Shown: positions 1 to 13,925 of the stretch, piece by piece
Numbering within the stretch: the first letter of the stretch is position 1
Layout: every line of letters begins with the position of its first letter
Assembly: GCA_964016885.1 (NCBI GenBank)
Contig: OZ024742.1
Span: 154,504,001 to 154,568,000, forward strand
Direction: 5' to 3'
Length of the DNA stretch: 64,000 nucleotides
Origin: Eledone cirrhosa
Taxonomy: Eukaryota
Translations under genes and position numbers: made by a program
The notes under the pieces: model-generated
The model's input: the letters and a program-made list of their open reading frames with translations, nothing else
Database searches by the model: none
Told to the model about the DNA's origin: nothing

Positions 1-97
1 AACATAGTTATAAATTCATGAATACATACATACATATATTTGTGTAAATATATACATATATATGTGTTTGTGTGTGTGTGTAAATATGTATATATAT

Positions 98-372
98 ATA
101 TTGTTATACTTGGGTGGTGGGGGGCATATTGTTATAATATTGGCAGAAATAATAACAGAACTCCCTCATAGTTTGGTTTGGGCTGGTTTTCGCTTCGGTA
201 TCTTTGTATTTTTAACCGTTGGTCAATCAATTATAAACATTGATTGCCAAATAAATTAACTATGGGGAAATAAAAATACAGAAGCGAAAACCAACCCAGA
301 CCCAACAGTGAGTGTGCTCTGTTATTATTTCTGGTAATATTATAACTATATAACCCACCCTAAGTATAATAA
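98..372. mobile_element. Short foldback (inverted-repeat) non-autonomous element inserted in (TA)n
   Basis: 98-210 (TATTGTTATACTTGGG...GGTTTTCGCTTCGGTATC) is an imperfect reverse complement of about 268-372. A related arm occurs at 59284-59400, and a similar terminus at 58722 and 44943. Confidence 0.75.
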
Positions 373-421
373 TATTTGTTTCGACACACGATTTCATATC
401 TAATACTTTGCAAAATAAATA

Positions 422-477
<56 letters not shown>

Positions 478-2389
478 TGTGTTTGTTTAATTTTTTATCT
501 ATTGGTCTGCATAAATTATAATTAATGACAGGAAATAAAACGATTACATATATTATATCTTTCGTGTCACCGCTTGTTTGAATGTTAAGAAAACCAAATA
601 CAAGCGTGCTTATTTTTAAGTAAAGCTACATTAAGACATACGCTCCACATAGAATCAAACACTTATATATATTTCCATTTAAATGTTTATCTTTTACAAA
701 ATATATATAGTTACGCATGTATACATACAAATACTTGTGTGTGGCCGCGTGCGCGTGTGTGTCTGTGTGTATGGATGTGCGTGCGCTTTCTTTTTTTCAT
801 GAATGATTAAAAGCTCTTTCGAAACCATGAAATACGAGATAACATATCAGAATGACTTTCAAGTAGGCCATTTTATCTTTAGCTGTGGCAAATATACCCG
901 TCCTTTTTAAGATTAAAACACATAATTATCAGTGTAGAGTTTAATTAGGAATATCTAAAATTGGCTTAGGCGGCATCGAATGAATAGAACTGGGAAGGAT
1001 ACATAAGAGGCAACATATTGATAAGTTCATTTGCCTGATAGTGTTGCTATATACCTACAATCATATACAAATACGTCTTTGTGTAAACGGTAAAGTTATC
1101 GCAGATGAGATACTGTGGCTGTGCAGAAGTGTTTTCCTTCTTTTTTTTCCAATACTTTTGTATTATTCTGAGAACGCCATTCACTGTGTTTAGACCCAGT
1201 TTGATTTTCATTTCAAATGTGCAGCGAGAAATATTCCAAACTTGACCTCATTAACATCGTAGTGTATATCAAACGCTTAACGTTAAAAGACACAAAATAC
1301 AAAATATAACAACACATGGAAACTGTTATCGAAACGTTATTCTTTCAAAGTTTCATTGGATACGCTAGCTTAAAGGCAACCTCAAAGATATGTAAGCAAC
1401 AAGGATAGCGGCATTTAGATCAGAAATCACAACGTAGAAACGTCTCTAAAAGTTCAATACGTAGTGCATTTACGAAATGTTATTGTAACTACTATTCTCA
1501 AGATAAGAATATATCATAATTTGTTATTCCTTTTTATTCACTTCATATAAAATCTTCAAAATCAATGCAGATTTATGAACATTACAAATTCGTCACGGAC
1601 ATGTGAAGGACACATCTATTTTATATCAATAAACCCCGCGCATAACTGGTACTTATTTCACTAACATCCAGAGAAAGAGGAAATTAATCCTATCTAGATT
1701 TCTACTCGTAAGTGTAAGACATTTAACAATAAAATACTCGAACAATCAGTCAGAGGCTCTGGTAGTTTAATTATTTCCTAAATCCTTGTGATCTCCTCCT
1801 CTGTATTGCTTTCAAAGAAAGTGTATTATAATAATAGCGTAAATGATAAAGCGAAACTGCGGGAATGTATATATAAACATATACATATTTATTGTTTGTA
1901 TACAAAATGTACAATATCATTAACCGTAATAGATTGCTAGGGTTAATTTTGTCATGTGGAATATCTGGTAACCATTAAGCTGTAAGTACGCTGTGTTCGA
2001 CCTATAGACCAGGCCAAAGAGAAAAAAAAACTATTAAAGTATCGGCCGCACTCTGATAGGGTTGTGTTGGACCCTGTGGCAGAAGATATCTTGGCCCTCG
2101 GACCACATCCCTATTCACAGCTATCGGGGTGAAGTTGGCTACTACGAGAGGGAATGACTGTTCAAGCGCGTCTAAATGGTTGACCTCCAGATTAATAGAT
2201 ACTTCACGTGAAAGTGATTTATATTAATATGTATATACCAGTAATAATGTTATATTTAAAGAAATGAAATTCAATAATCCACAAAAAATGTAGGTATGCC
2301 ACATTCATAAGTTGTGACTTTTCTTACTCATATCCAGATTGCCGTGCTGCTGACCACATAACAAAGAGAGAAATAAGTAAATCAAATAA

Positions 2390-2590
2390 TTGATTTTCAT
2401 TTTGGGCACAAGGCCAGCAATTTGAAGGGAAGGGAAAAGTCGATTAAATCGACCCGTGCCTAACTGGTACTTTATTTTACCTACCAGATCTAACTTCGCG
2501 GGAATTTGAGGTCAGAGCGCATAGGGCCGTTACTATATGGCGAAAAACATCTTGTTTGACGCTTTACGAATACTGTCAATCTCCCAGCCT
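2390..2590 (-). mobile_element. tRNA-derived SINE, degenerate copy (dominant family in window)
   Basis: Reverse complement of the family consensus (GGCACAAGGCCAGCAA...CTGGTACTTTATTTTA). Confidence 0.7.
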
Positions 2591-3499
2591 CAGACAAAAC
2601 TAATAATCAAATATATCCAGTGACATAGCACAGTTGTAAAACTCATTGCCGCATAATTCATTACTTAAAGTTCATTGATACTAGATATGTTTAGGGGTTT
2701 ATCAAATAGAATTAAAAGGCAGCGAATTTGCATGATTTCTAGAGAACATCAGATAAAAAAAGGTGTTGTACCCTTTCCGCACGCATCACTCTGCTTTCAA
2801 ATGACATCCAGGTCAATCTTGCCTGTCAACCCTTCGAAGTCGAAGACCAAATAATTAGTCCAGTACTGGGGTTGATTCATCCTCTACATTATTTTTTCAA
2901 TGCATCTTTCTGTCTCTCTAACTCTCTGTTTATCTTCTTTTTTCCTGTGATTATTGCTTTCTTTCTCCTTCTCTGTCACTTTCCTTTTAAGGAATCGGCT
3001 TTGTTAAAACTTGATTAAGGGGCACAGCCATGGATGTATGCCAAAGATATGATGTATATTTCTACTGCGCCATCTTCAACTCATCAGGCTTTATGGGCCC
3101 GTGCATGCATATAAGTATAAATATATGTTTTTATTTACTTTTGACATAGAACGATGTAAGGATCACAATACATAATTCGGAATTTCAGCTCATATCTTTC
3201 GGAAATACGTAGAAAAAGAACAATGGTTTCACAAGAACATAAACAACGTAACATAAATGTTTGTCGAATTGCTGGCCTACCTCTGTGAATTAATGATTTG
3301 GCAACGTTGGCCAATTTATTAAAACACAATTCTAATAAATATAACATATTAATTTTCAAATTCTTCTTCTTTATACTGGCAAAATGTGTGTAACATATTC
3401 CAAATTTGTGTGACAAAATATGTTTTTAGAACATATTTTTTTATAGTATTCGAAAATATTTCGCAAGATTCTTACCATAATTTTACCGTATATATAAAA

Positions 3500-3760
3500 T
3501 TCAATATTAGAATATCCAGATTCTGTTATTAGAGATAAACTTTGCCTTTCGTCCATACTGGGTCGATAAAATAAAGTACCTGTAATGTACTGGGATAATT
3601 GCTGACCTTGTGTCAAAAGTAGAAACAATTATTAGAATAAGTTAGGGCGGTGGAGATTTTAGTTTAAATCCCGCTGAGGTTAGCTTTGAATTTCTTACTT
3701 ATATGGTCCTTAAATTAAAGTGCCAGTATTGCACTAGGTTCGATTTACTCCAAATAGTTA
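3500..3760 (+). mobile_element. Two degenerate SINE fragments
   Basis: ACTTTTGCCTTTCGTCC...GGTCGATAAAATAAAGTACC...GTAGAAACAATT followed by another GGCGGTGG start. Confidence 0.6.
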
Positions 3761-4850
3761 GTATTTTCCCTAAATAAATTAATAGCCTTGTGCTTTTAAA
3801 TAACAAAATTGGGTTCTGAAAGGACGAGGTATACGATGTCAGTGTGAACATCAGTCCTTTAACATGTTCAATCCAGCCATGATTTGTCAAGTATAATTCA
3901 TATTTACCAAACGTAACATATGGAATATATCTTTTTAAAGTCATCAAACATTCCGAATCCACTGGTTTTTGTTAAATGTTCCTCTAAGGTATGCAGCTCT
4001 GGATAAAAAGTGTTGATTCTATTGAAGATCAGCAATTCACATGAATACACTTCTCCTCTCTTCACGACACTGGTGTTACCCAAAATAAATCAAAGGCCAT
4101 TACATCTTAGCATCATATTTGGTGTAAAGTCTTATATCTGACGACGTAGGAGAAAATACGAAACAAATCTATAGACGATCTGGACAAGATTTTAGAACAA
4201 ATTCCATCGGTTAAACTATCCGTTATACCACAAACGTTGAGAATGTGTCTGTTTTATTTTATTGTAAGTAGCAAACAAGAAGAGATGAGATTTGACATAA
4301 GTTGTATCCAGTTTTTGGGAGGAAGTTCCAAGTGTTAGAATATATTGGTTCAATTATGGGTTAATTTGGGAACAGAATTTTGAGGGGAATATTTATCTTT
4401 CCCACTTTACTACGAATCATTCATAGTGATTCATTGGTCACGAATTTCAATAACTTATTATTTAATGTTACATGTTTTCTTATTTTCTTATTTATATTCT
4501 ATTATTTTTCTCTGTCTTCTCAAACGAGAGTGATGTACTGCGCAGGTTTAGCCATTATTGCAATGTGAATAGATCTGTTGTATACGTACTTATAAGGCAA
4601 GCATTTTAGGAAAATATCCTGCAACAATTCTATTCAAAATAAAACAAGAACAGACTTTTTCTCATACTCATCAGCAAAATGGCCAGAATATACTTGACAT
4701 TTTGAAATATGTAATTCGTTATTTTTCACCATGGCTTGATGGGCTTCGTAGTAATTCGGTGCTCAGAAGCTTCTATTTAATTTTCAATAACACTGTTGCT
4801 GTGTGCCGCTACCCATCTCTATCTTCCTCTTATTATTTTTCCCAATTGTT

Positions 4851-5070
4851 GGCGGTGGATTGGCAGTATCTGTAGAGAGTAGGACACCATGCTTTTCAGC
4901 ATTTAGTTAAGGCCCTCTACGGTCTGAGTTCAAGTCCTGCCGAGTTTAACTTTACCTTTCATCCTTTCGGCGTCGATAAATTAAAGCACCTGTAACACAC
5001 TGGGGTCGATTTAATCGAATTTCCCTTCCCCTCAAATTGCTGGCCTTGTGCCTATACAAGAAATCATTAT
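4851..5070 (+). mobile_element. tRNA-derived SINE, full length
   Basis: GGCGGTGGATTGGCAGTATC (A-box-like)...GAGTTCAAGTCC (B-box)...TTTCATCCTTTCGGCGTCGATAAA...GCTGGCCTTGTGCC...ATTATT. More than 10 related copies in the window. Confidence 0.85.
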
Positions 5071-6399
5071 TTGTCCAAATTAACCATGTTTTCCTTTCGA
5101 TGCAATGTCTCAAAGCCCGAATACTGGAAGCGAAGTATTTTTTATCAGTATTTCAAAGAAGGACAAGATAATTAATTTAGTTTCAAAATACTAGGTTTAT
5201 AATTCTATTCATTTGAAGCTATTAAATAAACCTTTGTTCTTACTTTCATTTTATTTGATTAGTTTACATATTAGCTTTAAACACGCATGAAATAAACTGT
5301 CAATGTATAGAGATTTTAAATTGGTTAATGATCATGAAGTGAAAATCAAATGTCTTTATATCTCCTAGAATATTTATTTATACTTATTTATATATGTTGT
5401 AAATGATTTTAAGGTAATGTCAATGTATGGCTGAATTGCTTATTATACATTAGGCATGTGTCCCGCACAACGGAAACCCCGGATTCTGTGTCACAATTTT
5501 ACCGGATAAATGTCCGAGTCCCCATAGCACACATTGAATGCTTTCGTACAATATTCTATATTGTAATATTATCGTGTGTTTATTCTAATATTTGATTTTG
5601 TTGTTAATGCATTTCGTTTTATTCTAATTCTCATCCAATTTATAACATCCAATTTATACAAAAGTACGCAACATTTCCTTAAACGAAGACCTCATACACT
5701 TAGCGTTCTTACATCTTAACATATTAATGAAATCAGATATAAACTTAGGAAAATAAGTCCATACAATACTGTTATAATTTCCTTGTAAATATAGACATTT
5801 TTATTTTATTATTTCCTGTAAATATTAGACAACTGAAAAGACTATGACAAATTCCATCCTTATGGAACCAGCAAAATGTATCCTCAGTTCATTTAAAGTG
5901 TTCTTTAATATACGTGCATATTATACATACGTGCAGTATAAAATATTTTTAAATAATATGTTTCAACAAAGCTGGTACTGGCTAATGATGTTATTATTGC
6001 TTCTTCTTGGCATCCATTTTCTGTTGGTTTTATTGAACACTTAGTGTTCCAAAATTTATGGATGTAGGTAGTTGCTGACATTTTCCTCATCATCATTAAA
6101 CTTGAACCAGGCAGTGAGGAACATGTCTCGGTATACTTGCATCCCTACCATGATCTGAACATCTTATTTAGCCAGTGTTTTAAATGAAAAGATGATCATT
6201 GTTTCTAACTCTTGTAGTACCAAAAACGTTGATTGTAATAATATATGTATCGTCTTCTTTGTTTAACTAGAGAAAGAGACGAAAATAGTTAAAGAACGCA
6301 GACAACATAAACACACATGAACAACTAGTGATTTAGTCAAACCCCATCTTCTTCATATCATTAATTGTCATTTCACTACTGCTGGAGGTCGAAAACCTT

Positions 6400-7500
6400 T
6401 CTAAATATTCGTGCTCATCACAGTAGGCATGTCTTCTGGAGCGGTTGAATCTAAAGTTTAAATTCTATTTTAGACAGGTTGCTTTCAAGATTCATTTTAT
6501 CATGAAAAGTGCCTTAATCGCCACTGCAAAAATAGCGACTCTCCGAACTTCATCATTTCAAGACATATTTTAAGATTTTAAGATTTTAAGCACCTACTTT
6601 CTTCTCTTTTCCTTCAATCCTGGTCTCAAAAGTCACGCTAAATCCACGAGTGTACAGTTTATTTCCTTCGTCTCAATTAAAATATCTAATCTGTTGTCTT
6701 CAATATTAATCACGGTTTAAATTGGGAAGTCCCATAAGAGCTTTATTTTATCGTTATTAAGCACTCACATCTCATTTGGGACACCATCGTCATAGTGAAA
6801 TTCTGCATACGGAAACCCATACTTTTTACAATGTGCAATATTATTGCCACATTGTCATGTCGGTCATTTGTCTAATTATTCTGGGATACTGCTTACACAC
6901 TGAAACGATATGGTCAACTGACACTGTTTTCTCCCCCAAAATGCTGCCTTTAACTTGAACAACCTTCTTATTTATGCTTTTCCTAAGGCTTGAACTTGTG
7001 TTGCTAATATAAGTCCTTTCGTCTCTTTCTTAATGTAGCCTTTCCATAACCGTAAACAAGTATTTTTGTTACCATACATGTTTCCTTTTTCTTGGGTCCT
7101 TTCATCAAATGCATTTTGGCGTTCTTGAGCAATCACGATCTTTGTGTTTCTGGATCTCCAAAATGCTTTTCCTGACAAACTCCAATATGCGATTTTCTTT
7201 CTTATATTTTATGTAGAAGCCCATTCAACTTTCATCTATTTTACAGCATCCAGTCTAAAGAAACTAAACAAGTCCCTAAACCTCTCGTCCTTTTTCCAAG
7301 AGATCTTGTCTGCAACATCTTGTGGATGCATACTTGATTAGATAGTGAGCATTTTCCTTGTTTTACGATCAATTTCCTTCAATTCTACTATGTTCATTCT
7401 ACTACATCTGCCTCAGGCTTAATTATTGCAACATCTCTAGCATTTATTGCCTGCACAGTATTGCCACCATTCATTCGAGACGCCATGATCGTCATCAGCC
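6400..7500 (-). pseudogene. Degenerate Dong/R4-type LINE 3' fragment (zinc knuckle + RLE)
   Basis: Minus-strand frames give KGYIKKETKGLILATQVQAL, GEKTVSVDHIVSVC and LLWDFPI..NRLDILI, homologous to the C-terminus of the 55.8-58.5 kb element, with many stops and frameshifts. Confidence 0.65.
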
Positions 7501-7584
7501 TTCGAAAGTAATCGTTTATGACAGTTTTTTTCATTTATTATATTGCCTTTTTATTTATGGCTTTGCAACACACCTAGATATATA

Positions 7585-9660
7585 TGTTTTTCATTTATCT
7601 TGCTTTATGTTCATACGAGTTATCACCAAGTCACCACCAGTGACCCCAAGAGACAACAAGGTCCACCATGTTCAAGAAAATCGCACACACACATGTATCT
7701 TTAGGTGTTTACACTTGTGATGTATTTATATCGACAGAATCTTCCTTAGTATATGGGCAGTTCTGATTAGTACTATCTTTTGTATTTGTTCTACACGTGG
7801 GTTTCTTGGGATTTGGGATGAATAATCATTAGACCCATTAGGTACTATTCCTAGAGCGCCTACAAACATTGGTATTGTTTTAGTTCTCAACTTCCACATT
7901 TTTCCAATCTCTATTTCCAGCTCTTTATACTTGCCCAAATTTTCAAATGTTTTTATAGGTACATTCTGGTATATAGGAAAGGTCATATCAATTAGCAGGC
8001 AAACCCTCTTTTTATTGCATCTATTTTTAGCTCTGTTTGGACGCTAAAGTTCCAAGAAATTGAGATGTGACGTTTTTCAATTACGAGAGGTGGTTGATGC
8101 TTCGACCAATTCTTTTGATGGGGCTGGTCAAAATGCTTACACATTACCCAATGAATGTATTGTGCTGCTCTTTCGTGCCTGTTTAGGTACTCGGTTGGAG
8201 CTATAGGACTGCACATTGAGATTATATGATCAATGGTCTCTGGTTGCACTACTTAATTATTACACTACTTCTTTGGGTGATAATGATTTACAGTTATTAT
8301 TGACTTGCCAATTTTTCTGTAGAAGTATTTTGATTGATTTTGTCCTTATAGAATCTGGTGCATTTTTCAGAGCTCCTTATACGAGGAGCTTTGACTTAAA
8401 CTTGTTGCTTGATTATTTCTATCATCATATCTATCTCACTTGTTGATTTTATATTGTATTTTCTTTTCAATTTTCTGAGTTTAGTTTGTTTAACATGTTC
8501 ACCTACTTTGTAGTATGCTAAAACTTCTATGTCATATCGAAGAAGGTTTATTCGGCGATTGATGTTCTCTTGCCAGGTAGGTTTTTTTGTGGGCATTTCT
8601 TTGTTGTTTTTTTTTCTCATTTTCCCTCCACATAAGTGAGTAGAGACTTCAGCCATTGCATCACAGAGATGATTTATTTCAGTAATGTTTAGTTTATTTG
8701 TGGTGATAATATTGTTGAGAGATATGCAAGTCTTGCGTATTATCATCTGGTTTTGTTTAAAGATCTGTATCTTAGGGAGTGTGTGTCGTTCCTCCATGTC
8801 GGATTCTTTCATTTTCATCCATTCGGTCATAATTTCAATCTTCAAGCTGGCGAGTTCATTCGCATTCATTTCATTATCATTGATGATCGCTTCATTGATT
8901 TCATTGTGAGTTTCATCTTCAAGATGCACTCCTTCCCCTTTTTCGATCCTTTCATTAATGTGTTCAGCTATCAGTGTTTCCGACCCCACCCTGGGATTTA
9001 AGTTGTTACATTTTACTTCGGTTTCACTGAAACATGCTTCATTTTCGCTTTGATGACTTTGCGCTAATTGCTTGATCTGATCAATTACTATGTCAGTTAG
9101 TTATTTTTTCTTAAAGATGTTTCTTCGTATATTAGCTAGTTTGTTACTGTCAATATAACCTCTGTTTTCAGGATGTTTCTTTTTCCAGTTTGTTCTGTAT
9201 TCAATCTATTTGATGGGAAGGGCATGGAAGTGTGGAAAGCCTAAATTACTTCTTTGCTGTGCTCCCGTGACCATTTTTCTCTCTTTTCCTTTGGATTTCT
9301 TGGTGGTGAACATGGAGCGTCATCAGTTGGAGTATTCCTCTCATAGGAGGTCTCCAGCTCGGAATTGATGGGAAGGTGTGAATCATTAGCTGACTTTTTT
9401 AACCCAGTCTGGTTCCTCTCTGAGGGACACGCCACTTGTTGACCCGGGTGACGGCCGATCAATTATGATTTTTTATTATTTGACATTGGATTTATTTTGT
9501 TGCATTTTATCATTAACCACCAAGGGGTAATTATTTCGAGTTACCACTCCTTGGACGAGTGTCAACCAAGAAAAGAGGGGTCGTCCTCCCCATGAGACAC
9601 GGCTATCCCGCCGGTCACCAACCCTGTATTTCTTGGTCACGGTGTTTTTACTGTTATTAT
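7585..9660 (-). mobile_element. Dong/R4-type non-LTR retrotransposon with 5' UTR and N-terminus but RT domain deleted
   Basis: ORF 8396-8989 (PTWQENINRRINLLRYDI) matches the N-terminal region. ORF 7992-8249 has ETIDHIISMC..YLNRH (CCHC) and WNFSVQT. ORF 7726-7986 has KYKELEIEIGKMW..PMFVGALG..AHILRKIL (RLE C-terminus). No RT motifs lie between them. Confidence 0.85.
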
Positions 9661-10242
9661 TACAAATGTTCCTTTAATGTAACTCCTGTGTGACTTATAT
9701 AGATATTATTGTTATAATACACTTGTGGCCATTGTTGATGTTTCCTTTGTTGTTGTTGTTGTTGTTGTTATTGTTATTGACTGTGCTGGTGGGGCTGGGG
9801 CTTTTTTCGGAGGGTGCGGGAGAGTTCTATTGTTAGTGGAGGACATGGTTGCCATTGTAACTGTTAATGTTGAGATGTTAAAAATTTCATTTTGACCAGG
9901 TCACTATGTCAGTCCATTTATATCTTTGAAGCTTCTTCCTTTCTAGTCTTGTCTCGTGTTACTGCTACCTTCTCTCTCCTTCTCAGCAAATTTTATGTTG
10001 TCTTTTCTTAAATTAACAGAAGGTGGTGAGGGATTAGTGGTTGTAGCAATGATGGAGAGCTGGTTGTGATAGATTAGTGGTGGGAATAGAGATGGGTGTA
10101 GTGGTACTGTAGTGATTGTGTTGTTGTTGTTGCTTGTTTGTTTCGGCTAAATTATGTAGCCGTTACAATGTGATGTTGTTATGTTTGTTTAATTGTTTAT
10201 TTGTTAGTTATATATATATATATATAATTCTTTTTTTATATT

Positions 10243-10678
10243 GGTGGATTGGCAGTATCGTTAGGGCGTCGGGCACCATGTTTGCAGAGTTACGCTCCAT
10301 TACGGTCTGAGTTAAAATCCCACGGAAGTTAGCTTTGACTTTCATCAATACAATATCGATACAAATATAGCTCCAGTAATGAACTGGGACCGATTTAATC
10401 GACTTTCTTCTCCCACAAAATTGTTGGCGCTGTGCCTAAATCAGAAACCATTATTATTATTAGTAGTAATAGTAGTAAGGGCGGTAGATTGTCAGTATCG
10501 GTGGAGGAATCGGACGCCATGCTTTGCACCATAGAGTTATGCCCATTTACGGGCTGAGTTCATATCCCGCCGAGGTTCACTTTGCCTTTCATCCTTACTG
10601 GGTCAGTCGTTTAAAGAAAGTACCAGTAATGCACTGGGATAATTGTTGGCCTTGTGCCAAAAGTAGAAACAATTATTA
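10243..10678 (+). mobile_element. Two tandem tRNA-derived SINE copies
   Basis: Family consensus at about 10243-10455 and 10479-10678, separated by (ATT)/(AGT) repeats. Confidence 0.8.
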
Positions 10679-12896
10679 TTAGTAGTAGTGTTGTTGTTGG
10701 GCGTATGTTTGATGTTAATGTTTATTTGCCTGAAATTGTGGATCCAATAATTTAGGATTAATATCATGTGTTCCGAGATAAAGCTTTACATTTTGGAGAT
10801 TAATTTACAAAAATTGGAAATTCAGTGGTATATATATATATCCCAATACATTGGATAAATCTAAGACTCACGGATTACATAACATTTTATTTTAATGCCT
10901 GGTGTTAGGTTAAAGAAAGTTTAACATATAAGCGAAAAATATGGTAAACGTTGTAACATCGGGGATACTGCTGCAAAATAAACCACATAAAAGAGCGACG
11001 AATATTCGTAGGTAAAACAAGAAGAGCCAATCTTTAAAAATAGGGAAACAGAAAATATGGCTTTGAAACAAACACCATTTATTGTCCAAATACTGAAATA
11101 AACATAGGTAATATCAAATATAATAACTTGCACACATTCCTCGGGCGAAGAAAATAGCCAAACTATGACAGTTTGGGTTTTAGTCACGTTTATAGGTATG
11201 AACGTTCCATGAAGTTATAATTTAATAAAAGACACATGCAGTTTCCTTGTTTTAGTGCTGCGCTAGCTTTCAAAACATTAAAAACAACATCATTCTGCAT
11301 ACTGGCAGAAGCGTCACAAAGCGAAAATTCCACGTTTGGTGTCAGTTTCGCAAGTATAAAAACGAATGTTGAGTGTTTAATCATAAACAATGCATAATCC
11401 GAAATAGACATGACATTGTCCTCCATTTGAATCGTGAATTTCTAGATAAACATTTTAAGTATAAAAAAAAGGTAAAGCATACATGTCAAGAAAGCATAGA
11501 GATAATCAGAGAAGGTGCTAGGAATTTTCTTCAGTTCCTCAAATAAAAGATGCCGAGGTACGCTTGTCTACTACACGGTGAGTGCGTCACACGATGGTTA
11601 TAATCTACAGAGGCATGACAATCGACATCAGCCATTGGATCGAAGTTACCTTTAACCAGCAATGTTAGTAGGCAGCATGCACCAAAATAGTGACAAATTA
11701 TATGTTAGGTGCATTTTCAGATATACCTGTCCTCACGATATTTCATCCTCGCAAGACCATTCGAAACTACATCCCGTCGTAATTTCAAATTCAAATAATT
11801 AGACGTTTTGATACTCTTGTAAATATTGTGGGAAAATGATTGAAGGATTTCTGCCACGAAAAGCTGAAAATGTGAGCGAATATCGACCAAGTTTATCGGA
11901 CTTCTTGATTCAAGAAGATCTGTTCGTCAAACCACCTGGATTATATACGTGAATTGCGGGAACAATTCACTTTTTCCATGATTCCTGAAATGTCAGATGC
12001 CGTGGAAAGCGCCTACCTGTTCCAAAATTTCAAACACAGCTACCCAACAGTTATTCACAGCGGGGATATTACCGAAGTTATAAACTATAAAAAATTGCAA
12101 TTCCAACAATTTTCGAAATAGAGACTATTGAAAATCAGCAGACGGTTACGAAGGGATATAGGAAATAAAACTATACATAGCATAACACTAAAACAGCACT
12201 ACAAGAAAGTTTCAAGGAAAAAACGTGAATCTTAAAACACACGGTATTCGGAAAGATAACTGTTCGTCTACATGTTAAATTATAAGCCTTATTAGACAAC
12301 CACACCCAATATGTAAATTATCATGAAAAATGGTGATGGCTACTGGAAACAGGATGATGTTAGAATTATACTTCTAAAAACGAAATCAGAATAAGAAAAA
12401 TATTATTATTTGACCTGAAAATATAAGTGATATAGGTGCTGTATAGACTTACATACCGAAACAAAATGATTGAGGTTGTGTTAAGTAGGTCATTAAAATG
12501 TTTGTATGTTATACATTATATATTTTGTTAAATGTTGGAGTTTATATTATAATGTTACACATGTTGCATTTTTTATGTATGTACATATTGCATTGTAGAT
12601 CATGTTATTCGTGTTCACTCACTTTTATATTTCTTGTTTCTTAAGCTCACGTGTATTATAACCCCAATGTCTAAACAAATTACTTTTTTACATCCGCAGG
12701 CATTTGTGCCTAATGTAGAAAGCGGTATTACCATTGATATTAAAGATCTATACTGTAAACTATCATAACTAAATAGAAGTATATATCTCAGAATATAATC
12801 TATAAATTCATAAGGAAACACACACACACATACACATAGACATCCACACACAAATATATTTTATGTATTTATATTTATATATGTATACACACACAC

Positions 12897-12932
<36 letters not shown>

Positions 12933-12944
12933 TAAAGATATATA

Positions 12945-12975
<31 letters not shown>

Positions 12976-13737
12976 ATGCATGTGTGCATGGTGTGAGTAT
13001 ATATGTGCATCCATATGAATATAATAAAACATGTACATCGTGTATATTTGTTGGCCAAGTATTCAAGTTAAAGCTTGGGTGGGTGACAAGGAGACATTAT
13101 GTCTATCTATCCTTATAAGTTCAAGATTTACCTTGGAAATCAGAAATGTGCTACTAAATCTATTCCCATCAGTTAATTTTGAACACACAGAACTGTTGGT
13201 AGATTTCAGTTTGAAATCTGAATCATTTGTACAGCCATAGATTATTTCTCAGCTTTCCTAGACTGAGTAATAATGTTATTGATCTCTCTCTGGCAACGTG
13301 AAGAGACGCTATGTTTATATTCTTTGGGATGAGAAGTTACATATCGCTTGGCTTCTTTTACCTCAACTACCCTGCTTGTTCAAGCGAAAAATTAGTATCT
13401 TCTGACCAATCAGACAGCCAGCTTTCACGTCTGCCAACTAATCTCTATTGATTCCGTTGACATGCTGTGAGGCAGGATCATTCATTCTTCCACTCGGTTA
13501 ACATAATTTTCTTCTGAATTATTTACTTATTACGTTAAACGTGAAGGCACACAATGTAACTCTTTGGCTTTAGCACTGTTTTTAAACTGAAGGTCATAGA
13601 ACATCATACTATGATATTTAAGTTTTGGAAGCAGAATATGCGACAGGATTTCAAGCCTATTAACATTGGAGGCATGGGTGTGAATTTGAATAAAATTTGT
13701 GAATTTAAATTTATTTTAAGTTGAGTTGTTTAAAGAA

Positions 13738-13925
13738 ATAATTGTTTCTACTTTAGGCACAAGGCCAGCAATTATCCAGTACATTACTGGTACTTTATTT
13801 TAGCGACCCCGTAAGGATGAAAGGCAAAGTTAACCTTGGCGGGATTTGAACTCAGACCGTAAAGGGACGTAACTATGCTAGAAAGCATGGCGTCCAACCC
13901 TCTACCGATACTGCCAATTCACCGT
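13738..13925 (-). mobile_element. tRNA-derived SINE
   Basis: Reverse complement of family consensus, near full length. Confidence 0.85.

Noticed and set aside
4851-4945. tRNA gene (A/B box-like motifs)
   Set aside because: No cloverleaf; it is the tRNA-derived head of a multicopy SINE.
10900-12450. Complex, coding-like stretch, possibly a decayed DNA transposon
   Set aside because: No continuous frame or motif I can assign with confidence; needs a translated profile search.
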